Positions 1 through 14,439 of a DNA stretch of 64,000 nt are shown here, piece by piece. The DNA is from Eledone cirrhosa (taxonomy: Eukaryota). Below the pieces are notes generated by a model that had not been told where the DNA came from, did no database searches, and saw only the letters and a list, made by a program, of their open reading frames with translations. Location of the stretch: assembly GCA_964016885.1 (NCBI GenBank), contig OZ024748.1:45446001-45510000 (forward strand). Reading direction: 5' to 3'. Position 1 is the first letter of the stretch. Every line of letters begins with the position of its first letter. The position numbers were made by a program, and so were the translations under genes.

Positions 1-74
<74 letters not shown>

Positions 75-186
75 TAAGAGGAATTCCAACTTTGTCTGAT
101 TTACTCGTTTTATTTACAATCCTTTAAAATTTATAATGGTATTATAATGAAATAGTATGATAGAATATCAAATTCTAAGTGTTAAT

Positions 187-225
187 TGAACAAGTACTTT
201 CATGCTTTCGCAATCTTCAGGTTCA
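187..225 (-). ncRNA. Type I hammerhead ribozyme (minimal, PLE-type)
   Basis: Minus strand reads tgaac-CTGAAGA-t tgc gaaa gca t-GAAA-gtac-TT-gttca: perfect 5-bp stem I, GNRA-capped stem II, palindromic stem III, CUU site. Lies in an island between (TA)n tracts. Confidence 0.8.
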
Positions 226-495
226 TAATATGTGGTGACAGTCAAGTCTGCAATTTTCAACTGTAATAAGATGGGTAAATTTTCTACCTTTTATACATTT
301 TATACAGGGAAAAGTGGCTCCAGAATCCTAAGTCTTGCAAACTGTATTTCGACCAATCAGTGTGTAGTTTCACTGAATTACTAAAGCTGATTAGTTTAAG
401 CGTCACGGCTGGTTGAGCATGTCTAACGACCAATAATTAATCATACCCAAAGCATCAATTGTTTTGCTATTTTTCATCATTTCTAAAAATAGCAA

Positions 496-555
<60 letters not shown>

Positions 556-558
<3 letters not shown>

Positions 559-715
559 AACCAGTAGGACATTTAGTCCAGAATTAGCCGTCGAAACGGC
601 TTGAGCTCAGCCGTCGGGGTCCTACTCGTTCTTATTACCCACTCTACTGCCCTAAGTATTGAGTACTTTGGTGCGCTATGGTCCATCTGGTTCCTTACCA
701 CATTTCCTTCGTTAT
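556..715 (+). mobile_element. PLE-like terminal fragment with 3' half of a hammerhead (family A)
   Basis: agtccagaattagccgtc-GAA-ACGGCT tgagctc AGCCGT-C-ggggtc. Homologous to 20759-21570, 28782-28940 and 43283-43485. Flanked by (TA)n, with a short inverted copy at 556-570. Confidence 0.7.
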
Positions 716-729
716 ATATATATATATAT

Positions 730-793
<64 letters not shown>

Positions 794-1060
794 TGCTGTT
801 TCAGTCATCTATAGAAAGATGTCAACGGCAACTTTATAGATGGAGAGAAAACTAAGAGAGACAGGTTTTATCTTCGGTGTAATATAAGACACATACATAC
901 ACACACACACGCACAATCACAATCATATATACATACATATATATATATATATATATACAGACCACAAACACACTTATACATACATATATGTGAGTGTATG
1001 TGTGCTTCAGTGTGCGGGATTTTAAGAATTTATGCGGGCCTACATTTGCATAAATATTTA

Positions 1061-1475
<415 letters not shown>

Positions 1476-1897
1476 CATAATTACACTTATATTAGCTGCA
1501 CCAATTTCCGTTTCATCTAACTTACTTAAACTATATCATTTCTGCAATAAATATCGGGCATATAAACATACATACATACATACATACATACATACATACA
1601 TACACACATACACACATACATACATACATACGTACACACATACATACATACATACGTACGTACATACATACATACATACATACATGTATACATACATACA
1701 TACATACATACATACATACATACATACATACAAACATATATACATACATACACACGTACGTACTCACTTACATACTTACACATATACATATATGTAAACA
1801 TATACATATGCATACACATATACGTATATGCAAACATATATACATACAACTCTCTATATATGTATGTATATATATTTACACACACATATATATATAC

Positions 1898-1960
<63 letters not shown>

Positions 1961-2040
1961 AATATTTATATATATATACATATATATATAAATATATATA
2001 TATAAACGTATATATATTATATATCTATATATTACTTCTT

Positions 2041-2144
<104 letters not shown>

Positions 2145-2147
2145 ATA

Positions 2148-2233
<86 letters not shown>

Positions 2234-2638
2234 ATACACATGTGTGTAGCTATGCATACATGTATGTATACAAATAACTTTACACAAATACACATATCTA
2301 TGCATATATATTTATATATCATATATCCTATATCCTATATTTATTGGGGAAACCGTGATAGTTTACATAAGCTAGATGAAAGGCAAATTGCTCCAGCTGA
2401 GACTGTATAATTACTTTGATTGCTGCATTGTCTTTCTCTATAAATCTATATAGAATCTTGTGCTGTTCGTATATTCTGAAATTCTATTAATCCATTCCTT
2501 CTATCTATATATTCTTATGGAATGATTACCCAATAATACATTCGGTTTTAACACGCTCTTCTCTTATCAATTCTATGTTAGACGCTGTTCATTACAAACC
2601 TACCTACATATAAATCTACCTACACACCTTGACTGCTT

Positions 2639-2803
<165 letters not shown>

Positions 2804-2844
2804 CTGAAAGCAGCGATTCTTTGCTTAAACTTTAATCTGTTATT

Positions 2845-2904
<60 letters not shown>

Positions 2905-3031
2905 CAATATTTCTATACACACGCACTTACATATATATATTTATATATATATATATAAATATATTTATATATATGCATGTATGTATATAGATAAATATAT
3001 ATGTATGCAGTTAAGTAGATATGTTAGAACG

Positions 3032-3105
<74 letters not shown>

Positions 3106-3125
3106 TATATATATATGTGTGTATG

Positions 3126-3178
<53 letters not shown>

Positions 3179-3332
3179 ATTATATATACGTACATACCTA
3201 CCAATATAACTACTTAACTCTATACATATATAGTTATCTATATACATATATGCATATATTCGTACATACTTGCATACATGCATTCATATATATATATACA
3301 CACATCATACATACATATATATATATATATAG

Positions 3333-3363
<31 letters not shown>

Positions 3364-3555
3364 GATACATACATATATATATATATATATATACATATAT
3401 ACATATATACATATATATATATATATACATATATACATATATATATATATACACATATATACACATATATAAACATAGTAACTTTTAAACTTCTTTTACA
3501 ATTACTTATGAATAGTGTGGCTTTGAAGAGTCACATAAATAAAGAGAACGATGAC

Positions 3556-4244
3556 GATGTTGGTGGTGGTGGTGGAGGTGTTGGTGGTGGTGGTGATGGT
3601 GGTGGGGATGGTGGTGGTGGTGGAGGTGTTGGTGGTGGTGGTGATGGTGGTGGGGATGGTGGTGGTGGTGGTGGGGATGGTGGTGGTGGTGGTGGTGTTG
3701 GTGGTGGTGGGGATGACGGTGATGTTGGTGGTGGTGTTGGTGGTGGTGGTGGTGTTGGTGGTGGTGGGGATGATGGTGATGGTGGTGGTGGTTGTGGGGA
3801 TGATTGTGATGTTGGTGGTGGTGGTGGTATTGGTGGTGGTGTGGATGATGGTGATGTTGGTGGTGGTTTTGGTGGTGGTGGGGATGATAGTGATGGTGGT
3901 GGTGGTGGTGGTGGTGTTGGTGGTGTTGGTGGTGGTGGGGATGATGGTGATGGTGGTGGTGGTGGGGATGATTGTGATGTTGATGGTGGTGGTGGTGGTA
4001 TTGGTGGTGGTGGGGATGATGGTGATGTTGGTGGTGGTGTTGGTGGTGGTGGGGATGATAGTGATGATAGTGTTGGTGTTGGTGATGGTGGTGGTGGTGG
4101 GGATGATGGTGATGATGGTGGTGGTGGTGGTGGTGGGGATGATTGTGATGTTGGTGGTGGTGGTGGTGGTGGTGGTGGTGGTGGTGGGGATGATGGTGGT
4201 GGTGGTGGTTGTGTTGGGGATGACGGTGGTGTTGGTGGTGGTGG

Positions 4245-4298
<54 letters not shown>

Positions 4299-4519
4299 CG
4301 ACGATGGTGATTACGATGACAATGAGTATGATGATGTTTATGTTTGTAATGACGATGACAATGATGATGACGATGATGATGATACTCGTTAAAAAAATGG
4401 TTGCCTTTATTGCCTCAGGACTGTGAAATGTGTTGTTGATAGTTTTATATTGACTCCGATAAGAAGAACGGATGTAAACAAACAAACAAACAAACAAACA
4501 AACAAACAAACAAACAAAC

Positions 4520-4585
<66 letters not shown>

Positions 4586-4617
4586 AAACAACAACAACGA
4601 CAGCAACAACAACAACA

Positions 4618-4648
<31 letters not shown>

Positions 4649-4673
4649 CACCACCACCACTTCCACCACCGCC

Positions 4674-4715
<42 letters not shown>

Positions 4716-4722
4716 GCAACAG

Positions 4723-4755
<33 letters not shown>
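3556..4755. repeat. Compound (GGT/GAT)n then (AAAC)n/(AAC)n microsatellite
   Basis: Directly visible repeats that explain the poly-G/D/T/Q ORFs. Confidence 0.95.
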
Positions 4756-5038
4756 CGATAATGACGATAATGATAATAATAATAATGGCCGTGGATTCAG
4801 TGAGAACTTCGGACATTTTGATTATATGTTCAGCTAACAACATTTAGGTTCTAATCAAGCACCCCCCCTACACACACAGACAGACAGACACACACACACA
4901 TTCACAAAGGCACACATACACACACATACACACACACACACTCACGCGCACACACATGTTTACGTATATTTATGCATACGTATATATTTCATAGGTATAA
5001 CTATATAGTAATATATATATATGTATAATATATATATA

Positions 5039-5122
<84 letters not shown>

Positions 5123-5181
5123 ATAATATATATATATACAATATATATATATATATATAATATATAATATATATATAAAAT

Positions 5182-5236
<55 letters not shown>

Positions 5237-5562
5237 CACAGACACACACACATATATATATATATATATACACATTTATATATTATACAGCAGTGTTAAT
5301 ACGTGCCCTGCGTACTGTATAATCGTGGAAATTGTATCATCGTTAATGTAGTTAGTTACCTCCCCTTGGCATTTTGAGGGCGTCTCTAAAACAATGCCTT
5401 CAGATAAGACGTGGCGGAGTTTGATTGTTACCATTTCACTTGAAATTAACCGGCGTTCATTACATGCTTGGAATCCATATGTAAGTAAATAGATATAAAT
5501 ATATATGTATATATATATATATATTATATATATATTATATATACATACATATGCATACATAG

Positions 5563-5593
<31 letters not shown>

Positions 5594-5778
5594 ACTATAT
5601 ATTATATATATATATATATATATACACACACATATATACACGCATATATATATATATATATATACATATATATACATATATACATTATATGTATTTATAC
5701 ATGTATATATAAATATATATATAGAAAGCAGCGATTCTTTGCTTAAACTTTAATCTGTTATTTTAATAAATATATATA

Positions 5779-5879
<101 letters not shown>

Positions 5880-6017
5880 CCATACATATATATCCATACA
5901 TACACATCACACACACACACCACACATATATATATATATATACATATATATACATATATACATTTATATATATATGTATTTATACATGTATATATAAATA
6001 TATATATAATATATATA

Positions 6018-6077
<60 letters not shown>

Positions 6078-6236
6078 GATATGTATTGTTATACTTGGGG
6101 AGGGTCATATTGTTATAATATTTGTAGAAATAGTAAAAACACATTCACTTTTGGGTTGGCTTTCAGTTCTGTATCTTTTATATCTCCATAGTTAATTTAT
6201 TTGGCAATTAATGTTCATTATTGATTGACCAGCGGT

Positions 6237-6428
6237 ATGGGTAGAAGATGAATGGCAGTATAGGTAGAGGGTCGGACGCCATGCTTTCCAGCATAGAGTT
6301 ACGTCCCTTTACGATATGAGTTCAAATCCCACCGAGGTTGACTTTGCCTTTCATCCTTACGGGGTCGATAAAATAAAGTACCAGTAATGCACTGGGTAAT
6401 TGCTGGCCTTGTGCCAAAGGTAGAAACA
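6237..6428 (+). mobile_element. tRNA-derived SINE (octopus-type family 1) with 20-bp TSD
   Basis: A-box-like tggcagtataggtag, B box gttcaaatccc, body gactttgcctttcatcc...gtcgataaaataaagtacc. TSD attattgattgaccagcggt at 6217-6236 and 6429-6448. Confidence 0.88.
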
Positions 6429-6484
6429 ATTATTGATTGACCAGCGGTTAAAAATGCAGATATAAATATATATATATATAGTAT

Positions 6485-6526
6485 AGCAAAGTTCTTTCGT
6501 CGCACATCTGCAACATCATCAGTGGT
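6485..6526 (-). ncRNA. Type I hammerhead ribozyme
   Basis: acca-CTGATGA-tgttgc agat gtgcgac-GAAAG aa CTT-tgct. Same family as 33229-33271. Confidence 0.7.
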
Positions 6527-6988
6527 ACTATTATGTTTCCTCCCATTATAATCATCAAACAGAAAGAATAATTTCATTCCGATTACTTTTTCGATGTGAA
6601 TACGGAGAATCCAATTACACTCAGTCGAGGGCCTTCTCACATCTTGACTCTCTGTAGTTCATCCGCCCTTTTAACAATTGTTGTTTTTTGTGGTACCCTT
6701 GTTCCACGTATAGTCCTCAGCACATCAGGATATAGTGGGCTAGCTGGTTTAGTTGCTGACCAAGTCGACCATGAAGCATGTTGCATTATGATTCAAAGTA
6801 CGATGCACCCCTCCCTGCTTGACTTCCACCACATTCTCTTTGATCTTAGTCCGTGTATTTAACCAATAGTTGGCGTGGATTGTGCTTGACACTGTGCAGT
6901 TGATCCGCCCTGTTAACAATAAGATGCTGACTAAGTATTACATAATACATCCTTATATTTGCACTTCTTCAACATGACTAAATGCATA

Positions 6989-7110
6989 TCGCATTTCCCG
7001 GCGCCAAAAATAAAAAAATAAAATAATAAACAACCTTCGGCCTCCAGGACGCATGGTAGATTTTTGAGACTTATTTTAGGAAAAAGTATCTTCGACGCCT
7101 GGAAATACGG
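6989..7110. mobile_element. Degenerate Tc1/mariner (pogo/Tc2-like) MITE
   Basis: Imperfect terminal inverted repeats tcgcatttcccggcg / cgcctggaaatacgg, with TA on both sides. Confidence 0.5.
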
Positions 7111-7195
7111 TATATGCTTTCTTCCTGTGGAGAAAAAAGTCTTTACTCTTTTTCTTACTTTCGTCTATATTTCTATTTCTACTTCTCTCGCTATA

Positions 7196-7305
7196 TTTTC
7201 CGATGAAGGACTAACGCCCGAAAAGTTAAAACGTGGTTTTCTAACATATTAAGCGTTAAACTAATATATATGTCATCGTCTTACTGTTGGTTTACCTTGT
7301 TTTCG
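7196..7305 (+). ncRNA. Degenerate hammerhead plus PLE-like end (family B)
   Basis: CCGATGA-aggactaacgccc-GAAAagTTA then gcgttaaactaatatatat. Related to 34313, 36742, 48445 and 63841. Confidence 0.5.
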
Positions 7306-7310
7306 CACAC

Positions 7311-7413
<103 letters not shown>

Positions 7414-7431
7414 CGCACACACATACCCACA

Positions 7432-7500
<69 letters not shown>

Positions 7501-7589
7501 ATACACATACACATATATATGTTATGTCCAAACATTACTACCACCTGTTAATCCGAACCCACCACCTTTTGCTTTGTATGCAAATAAGC

Positions 7590-7633
<44 letters not shown>

Positions 7634-7638
7634 ATAGC

Positions 7639-7685
<47 letters not shown>

Positions 7686-7692
7686 CAATAGC

Positions 7693-7742
<50 letters not shown>

Positions 7743-7881
7743 CAATAGTAGTAGTAGTAGTAGTAGTAGTAGCAATAGCAGTAGTAGTAGTAGTAGTAGT
7801 AGTAGCAATAGCAGTAGTAGTAGTAGTAGCAGCAATAGTAGCAGCAGCAGGGGCAGCAGCAGCAGCAGCAGCAACAGCAGC

Positions 7882-7915
<34 letters not shown>

Positions 7916-8025
7916 ATAGTAGTAACATTAGCAGCAATAGTAGCAGCAGCAGGGGTAGCAGCAGCAGTAGCAGCAACAGTAGTAGTAGTAGTACTAGTAG
8001 TAGTAGCAGCAATAGTAGTAGCAGC

Positions 8026-8076
<51 letters not shown>
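7590..8076. repeat. (AGT/AGC)n microsatellite
   Basis: Directly visible. Confidence 0.97.
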
Positions 8077-8077
<1 letters not shown>

Positions 8078-8504
8078 ACCAGAAACGTTTTAATCGTCCC
8101 CTTTTCCCGCACCCACCACCGACCCTCAACAAAGAAAGAAAACGAGGAGCAAGTACATCGCTAGATCATCTTTAATCTGTCCACGTAAGACGATAACCCA
8201 GGATCTAGTGACTGCTAATCACATTAACTAACCCTTTATTCACATAACCACATTTGTCATTCATTTAACCCATGCTGTTCGTTTATATCTTCTTCTTAAC
8301 GTCAACTGTAAGCACCGAAGCTTTCTACAATGGATCAGTTAAAATGAGACACCACTTCAAAAACTGTCCATTCTTTGTTTCTTCGTCTTCTAAACAAATA
8401 TAATTAAATTTCTTCTTACTAATCATGTAATTGCATTAATTACTCTTACTACATGAAACTGTAGTATTTTTTTTTCTTTTACAAAGTTATGTCAGTTAGC
8501 TGTT

Positions 8505-9415
8505 ATAGTAATAGTGGTAGTGGTTTTAGTTATTGTGGTAGTAGTGTTAGATATTAGATAATGGTTGTGGTTGTTGTGGTTGTTGTGGTTGTAGTAATAG
8601 TGGTTTTAGTTATTGTGGTAGTAGTGTTAGATATTAGATAGTGGTTGTGGTTGTTGTGTTTGTTGTGGTTGTAGTAATAGTGGTTTTAGTTATTGTGGTA
8701 GTAGTGTTAGATATTAGATAGTGGTTGTGGTTGTTGTGGTTGTTGTGGTTGTAGTAATAGTGGTTTTAGTTGCTGTAGTGCTGTATTAGTTGTTGTAGTG
8801 GTTGTTGTGGTTGCAGTAATAGTGGTTTTAGTTATTGTGGTAGTAGTGTTAGATATTAGATAGTGGTTGTGGTTGTTGTGGTTGTTGTGGTTGTAGTAAT
8901 AGTGGTTTTAGTTGCTGTAGTGCTGTATTAGTTGTTGTAGTGGTTGGTGTGGTTGCAGTAATAGTGGTTTTAGTTATTGTGGTAGTAGTGTTAGATATTA
9001 GATAGTGGTTGTGGTTGTTGTGGTTGTAGTAATAGTGGTTTTAGTTGATGTAGTGCTGTATTAGTTGTTGTAGTGGTTGTTGTGGTTGTGGTTGTAGTAA
9101 TAGTGGTTTTAGTTGTTCTAGTGGTTGTGGTTGTAGTGGTTGCAGTAATAGTGGTTTTAGTTGTTGTGGTAGTAGTATTAGATGTTGTAGTGGTTGTGGT
9201 TGTTGTAGTCGTTGTGGTTGTAGTAGTAGTGGTTTTAGTTGTTGTGGTGCTGCATTAGTTGTGGTAGTGGTTGTGGTTGTTGTTGAGTGGTTGTGGTTGT
9301 TGTGGTTGTTGTTGTTGTAGTGGTTGTTGTTGAGTGGTTGTGGTTGTAGTAATAGTGGTTTTAGTTGCTGTAGTGGCTGTATAAGTTATTGTTGTTGTTG
9401 TTATAGTGGTTGTGG
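8505..9415. repeat. GTT/GTA-derived minisatellite with a higher-order unit of about 66 bp
   Basis: Recurring gtaatagtggttttagttattgtggtagtagtgttagatattagatagtggttgtgg. Confidence 0.85.
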
Positions 9416-9818
9416 TCGCTGATTGGTTGTAGTAGCCTTATTAGACCGTTCAGTATTTATTTGTTCCTTGTCTCTGCGATCTGTGTTCTAATCCTGCCGA
9501 AGTCCTCTTTATTTTCACATCTTTCCTGGTTTAACAAAAATAAACAAAAATGTTACCAACTCAGTGTTGGTGAAATCCTTTCTCTCTCCATCTGTCACAA
9601 GTTAGGTGTTCTGCTGAATTAAAGAATAAGGAGTCGAGATGGTGCCTGTGTTTATATGGGCACCTAAAAGACTTAGCAAATGCATAGTAAATTGGACTGT
9701 CAAATAATTATCTCAGTGACGTCATTAGTTTTCTAGCGTTCTTTAGCAACCTCTTAAAACTTTTACGAAATCCAACTAGACTTACTGACGTCATGAATAC
9801 GGAATTAGTATTTGTACG

Positions 9819-9848
<30 letters not shown>

Positions 9849-9849
<1 letters not shown>

Positions 9850-10216
9850 CGGACCGAGGAAACAATGTTTCCATTGGTCTTTCCAGTTGCTAGTAGTATC
9901 TATCGGTCGCAACTCCAGGTAGAAGGAGCAACGCGAAATAAAGTGTCTTGCTCAAGGACATAACGCATCGCCCGCTCCAGGAATCGAACTCACAACCTCA
10001 CGATTGCGAATCCAATCCTCTAACCACTTGGATTCACACTCTTGAGATTGTGAGTTCGATTCCTGGACCGGGCGATGCGTTATGTCCTTGAGCAAGACAC
10101 TTTATTTCACATTGCTCCTTCTACCTGGAGTTGCGACCGATGGATACTAAAAGCAACTGGAAAAGACCGACGAAAAACATTGTTTCCTCGGTCCGATTTG
10201 ACGAAAGTCGATCGAT
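9849..10216. mobile_element. Head-to-head inverted pair of tRNA-derived SINE family 2
   Basis: 9849-10030 (-) and 10043-10216 (+) share gagttcgattcctgg...tgtccttgagcaagacacttt...aacattgtttcctcggtccgat. A third copy is at 28452-28662. Confidence 0.8.
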
Positions 10217-10268
<52 letters not shown>

Positions 10269-10634
10269 CATATGCATATATATATTCATAGGCACGTATG
10301 TATATATATAACTTATATCGGGTGTGGGTTGTCTTTTAGACTCCAGATTTAAGCCGAAAGTGACGTCATGTTCCTTCTTAAAGGTTTAAGAAAAGATAGG
10401 GTCTGCATGTAAAGACGCTGCTTGAATCTATTGGCGGTTAACCCTATGTAGGCCCTACTAGACGTGAGTGTGTCGACCTTACATTTGTAGACAATTATAT
10501 ATATATATATATATATAATTATATATATAGATATATATATAGTGTATTTTACAATACACTGTATGCTTAATTAAAAGCATTTCGAAGACTTTACGCTATT
10601 GTTTTAGAGTAGTGACAGTTTCATTTACTTTAAA

Positions 10635-10727
10635 TTTTCAGCAAACAGGGGAGATAAAGCTGACAGAGCTCTGTTTCGTACTTTTTGGTGCTTATCAAAG
10701 CTAAGTACTCCACCTGTTTGCAGAAAA
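10635..10727 (-). ncRNA. Extended type I hammerhead, U3-A8 core variant
   Basis: ttttctgcaaacaggtggag tactt agct-TTGATAA-gcacc aaaaa gtac-GAAAC agagctct GTC-agct ttat ctcccctgtttgctgaaaa: long stem I with an internal loop, GUC site. Confidence 0.8.
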
Positions 10728-10954
10728 TCATGAATGTTTGATTCTTATAGAATTCTAGTAATAATTAGGAACTGATTATACAGAGCGGTTGCCGGTCAAG
10801 CAGAAATTGAAAATTCGAATTGGTGCTCTGAAATAGCGATATATATATGAATGTATATATAGTGTATTTTGCAATACACGGTATGTTTAATTAAAAGCAT
10901 TTCGAAGACTTTACGCTATTGTTTTAGATTAGTGATAGTCTCACTTACTTTAAA

Positions 10955-11040
10955 TTTTCAGCAAACAGGGGAGATAAAGCTGACATAGCTTTGTTTCGTA
11001 CTTTTTGGTACTTATCAAAGCTAAGTACTCCACCTGTTTT
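10955..11040 (-). ncRNA. Second tandem copy of the U3-A8 hammerhead
   Basis: agct-TTGATAA-gtacc aaaaa gtac-GAAAC aaagctat GTC-agct, exactly 320 bp from the first copy. Confidence 0.75.
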
Positions 11041-11196
11041 GCAATACACTGTATGCAATACACTATATATACATTCATATATATATCGCTATTCAGAGCA
11101 CCAATTCGAATTTTCAATTTCTGCTTGACCGGCAACCGCTCTGTATAATCAGTTCCTGATTATTACTACAATTCTATAAGAATCAAACATTCATGA

Positions 11197-11290
11197 TTTT
11201 CAGCAAACAGGCGGAGTACTTAGCATTAATAAGCACCAAAAAGTACGAAACAAAGCTATGTCAGCTTTATCTCCCCTGTTTCCTGAAAAT
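11197..11290 (+). ncRNA. Inverted third hammerhead copy with mutated core
   Basis: Same stems, but the core reads TTAATAA (G5 lost). Confidence 0.55.
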
Positions 11291-11398
11291 TTAAAGTAAG
11301 TGAGACTGTCACTACCCTAAAACAATAGCGTAAGGTCTTCGAAATGCTTTTAATTAAGCATACAGTGTATTGCAAAATACAGTATATATATATCTATA

Positions 11399-11824
11399 TG
11401 GTGGTGGTGGTGGTGTTGGTGGTGTTGGTGGTGGTGTTGGTGGTGGTGGTGGTGGTGTTGGTGGTGGTGGTGGTGGTGGTGTTGGTGGTGTAGGTGGTGG
11501 TGGTGGTGGTGGTGATGGTGGTGGTGGTGGTGATGGTGGTGGTGGTGTTGCTGGTGTAGGTGGTGGTGGTGGTGGTGGTGGTGATGGTCGTGGAGGTGTT
11601 GGTGGTGTTGGTGGTGGTGGTGGTGCTGCTGGTGGTGGTGGTGGTGGTGGTGGTGTAGGTGGTGGTGGTGGTGGTGGTGGTGGTGGTGGTGGTGGTGGTG
11701 GTGGTGGTGGTGTAGGTGGTGGTGGTGGTGGTGGTGGTGGTGGTCGTGGAGGTGTTGGTGGTGTTGGTGGTGGTGGTGGTGGTGGTCTTGGTCCTGGTGG
11801 TGTTGGTGGTGTTGGTGGTGGTGG

Positions 11825-11865
<41 letters not shown>

Positions 11866-12049
11866 GACAGTGGTGGTGGCGGTGATGGTGGTTGGTTGTT
11901 ACTGTTGTTGACATAGTGATTGTGTGTGTGTGTGTGGGGAGTTGTTGTTGTTAACAGTAGTGGTGGTATTGTTGTTGTTGTTGACATTAGTGGTGGTGGT
12001 GATAGTGGCTGTGTCTTGCTGTTGTTGTTGACATAGTGATTGTAGGGGG

Positions 12050-12087
<38 letters not shown>

Positions 12088-12360
12088 GCAGCTGCTGCTG
12101 TTGCTGCTGTTGTTGTTGTTGTTGTTGTTGTTGTTGTGGTAATGTTATTGTTGTTGATGACAGAGTGTTGGTGGAGGGTTGTTGTTGCTGTTGTTGTTGC
12201 AGCTTCTGCTGTTGCTGCTGTTGTTGTTGTTGTTGTTGCTATTTCTTGTGTTTGCTGTTGTTGTTGTTGTCCCCGTTGTTGCTGCTGCTACTGTTGTTGT
12301 TGCTGCTGCTGCTGCTGTTGTTGTTGTTATTGTTGTCATTGTTGTTGTTTTTGTTGTTGT
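11399..12360. repeat. (GGT)n grading into (GTT/GCT)n
   Basis: Directly visible. Confidence 0.95.
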
Positions 12361-12489
12361 TTTATTGTTACTTCTATTTATGCCAGCAATTATTTAGTGT
12401 AAGTCTCAGCTCTATGTTCGCAAGTCGCTGCTTGTAAAAAATGCAGTTCACGTTTTGGTTCTGATATAAAAAGCATACGAGGTGATAAA

Positions 12490-12936
12490 GTGGGAGAGAG
12501 AGAGGAGGGAGAGAGTGAGGGAAGGGGCGAGAGAGAAAGGAGGGAGGGAGTGAGGCAAGGGGTGAGGGAGAGAGGATAGAGGAGGGAAGGAATTTGGTGA
12601 GAGAGAGAATAGGGAGGGTGGAGGAAAGGGTGAAGGAGAGAGTAGGGAGGGTGGAGGGAAGGGTGAGGGAGAGAGAAGGGAGCGGCTGGAAGGGGTGAGA
12701 GAAGGGTGAGGGAGAGGGGAGGGATGGTTGAAGGAAGGAGTGAGGGATAGAGGAAGGGGTGAGGGAGACATGAGGGAGGGAAGAGAGTAGGGGTGAGGGA
12801 GAGATGAGGGAGAAAGTGAGGGAAAAGAGAGAAGGGGAGATCGAAAAGGGGAGAGAGTAGAAATGGAGAGAGTGAAAGAGAAAGGTGTGGATATAAGGAG
12901 AGGTAGAGCGAGAGAGAGTGAAGAGAGAGAGAGAGC

Positions 12937-13020
<84 letters not shown>
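12490..13020. repeat. Polypurine G/A tract ending in (GA)n
   Basis: About 530 bp that is almost all purine on the + strand. Confidence 0.92.
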
Positions 13021-13021
<1 letters not shown>

Positions 13022-13630
13022 TGAGAAAATTGCTCTTCAAAACGTCTCTTCGATATACAATTTGGCTTTATCTTTATATACTGGAAGACTGATTCATTGC
13101 TATGAAGACATATTCTTAAAGCTGGGCAGTTTATTCTACCTCGCTATTATTTCCCAGCTAGAATATTCCAAAATTCAGAAGCGAGAGGTTTCCGTCTTAG
13201 TTTACATTCTATTGGCAGAGAAAATGATATATAATTAAACCGGTTGTTATAGTTAGAAACCTACGAAAACAATAGTGTCTAATGGACATGGTTTCTCTGC
13301 TCAATGATCTTCAGACATGATGGTGAAAACCCAATATCAAATCATAGTATTTCTCTGTTTATTTTAGCGTTAGTTGTAGCTAAGCATTATGGAAATAAAG
13401 CAGTTATAATTCCCCCCTCCCTCTCTCTCTATGAGAATTCCAGTCACTGTCCTCCATTACACTTCATGGTATTACCATACGAGTCAATTGTTGTTGATTT
13501 TTTTCCTCCACACATACTAATTTATATCAATCCGTGAGAGTGAGTAATGGTTACTATTCATTCGATTTTATAGCTGTTAGCTTCCATACACATTACAGTT
13601 TCGATTCGCGCTACCTACATACCAAGACAA

Positions 13631-13790
13631 GCGGCGAATTGGCAGAGTCGTTAGAACGTCAGATAGAATGCTTTATGGTTTCGCATTCCGAATCTCTGTT
13701 CTCTGAGTTCAAATCTCACCGAGGTCAACTTTACCTTTCATCCTTTCGAGGTCGATCAAAAACGTACCAGTCTAGTACTGGGGGTCGATT
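13631..13790 (+). mobile_element. Older copy of SINE family 1
   Basis: gcggcgaattggcagagtcgttag...gagttcaaatctcaccgaggtcaactttacctttcatcc. Confidence 0.75.
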
Positions 13791-14439
13791 CTTCCTCTAT
13801 ATCTCTTTCTCATTTCCTCTCTCCCAGTTTCTATTTTTCTCTGGAAGAAATCTGCTGTACTCAGGCCTGGAGAGGGAGGGGCTCCGCCAGGCTTAAAAAG
13901 CCCAAGAAATGGCGTATGTCAATACGGTGCCCCTACGACTCTATCAGAAGTTACGGGACCAAGCATACATACATTCCAAGCGTTTTGTTTACTTTGGAGT
14001 AAAAGGAAAGAGGGAAGGAGGGAAATCTTATCTTCTGGTTGGAGAGTATATCACAGCTGCGCCTCGAGAACAAGGTGACATAAAACATTACAAAAGCCAA
14101 CCAACCTGCTGTATCAACCATTGCATCTCATGTGGCCCCTTACTCAGGCAAGATACCACCCCTCCCAGTTTTGGTGGAGTAAAATTGAGGTTTAGCTACT
14201 GTGGACACTGGAGGTCTCTGTGCGACCAACACAGAACAAAAGAGGTAAGCCAATGCCAAATATTTAGTCATATCCTCAACCCCTCTGATTTGCGGGTGCC
14301 TGTGTCAAGGTCTGTGACCGAACCGATGAGGTTGGCACCAAAGAAAGGGTTGCAATATGAGTGACTTTGGAATTGTAGCTAACCAATATTGAAATCCCAA
14401 CTCCCAACTCCCAACTCCCAAATCCCAAATCCAGGGCCT

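Larger units (their letters stand above)
10540..11385. mobile_element. 320-bp tandem plus inverted repeat carrying hammerheads (retrozyme/PLE pseudo-LTR-like)
   Basis: Unit 10540-10859 is partly repeated at 10860-11040, then inverted at about 11042-11385. Flanked by TA-rich tracts. Confidence 0.8.

Noticed and set aside
3115-4752. Gly/Asp-rich 425-aa and Thr/Ile-rich 416-aa ORFs
   Set aside because: Trinucleotide repeats open in several frames on both strands.
6596-6862. Possible pogo transposase HTH remnant beside the TcMar MITE
   Set aside because: Only a faint resemblance and no continuous reading frame.
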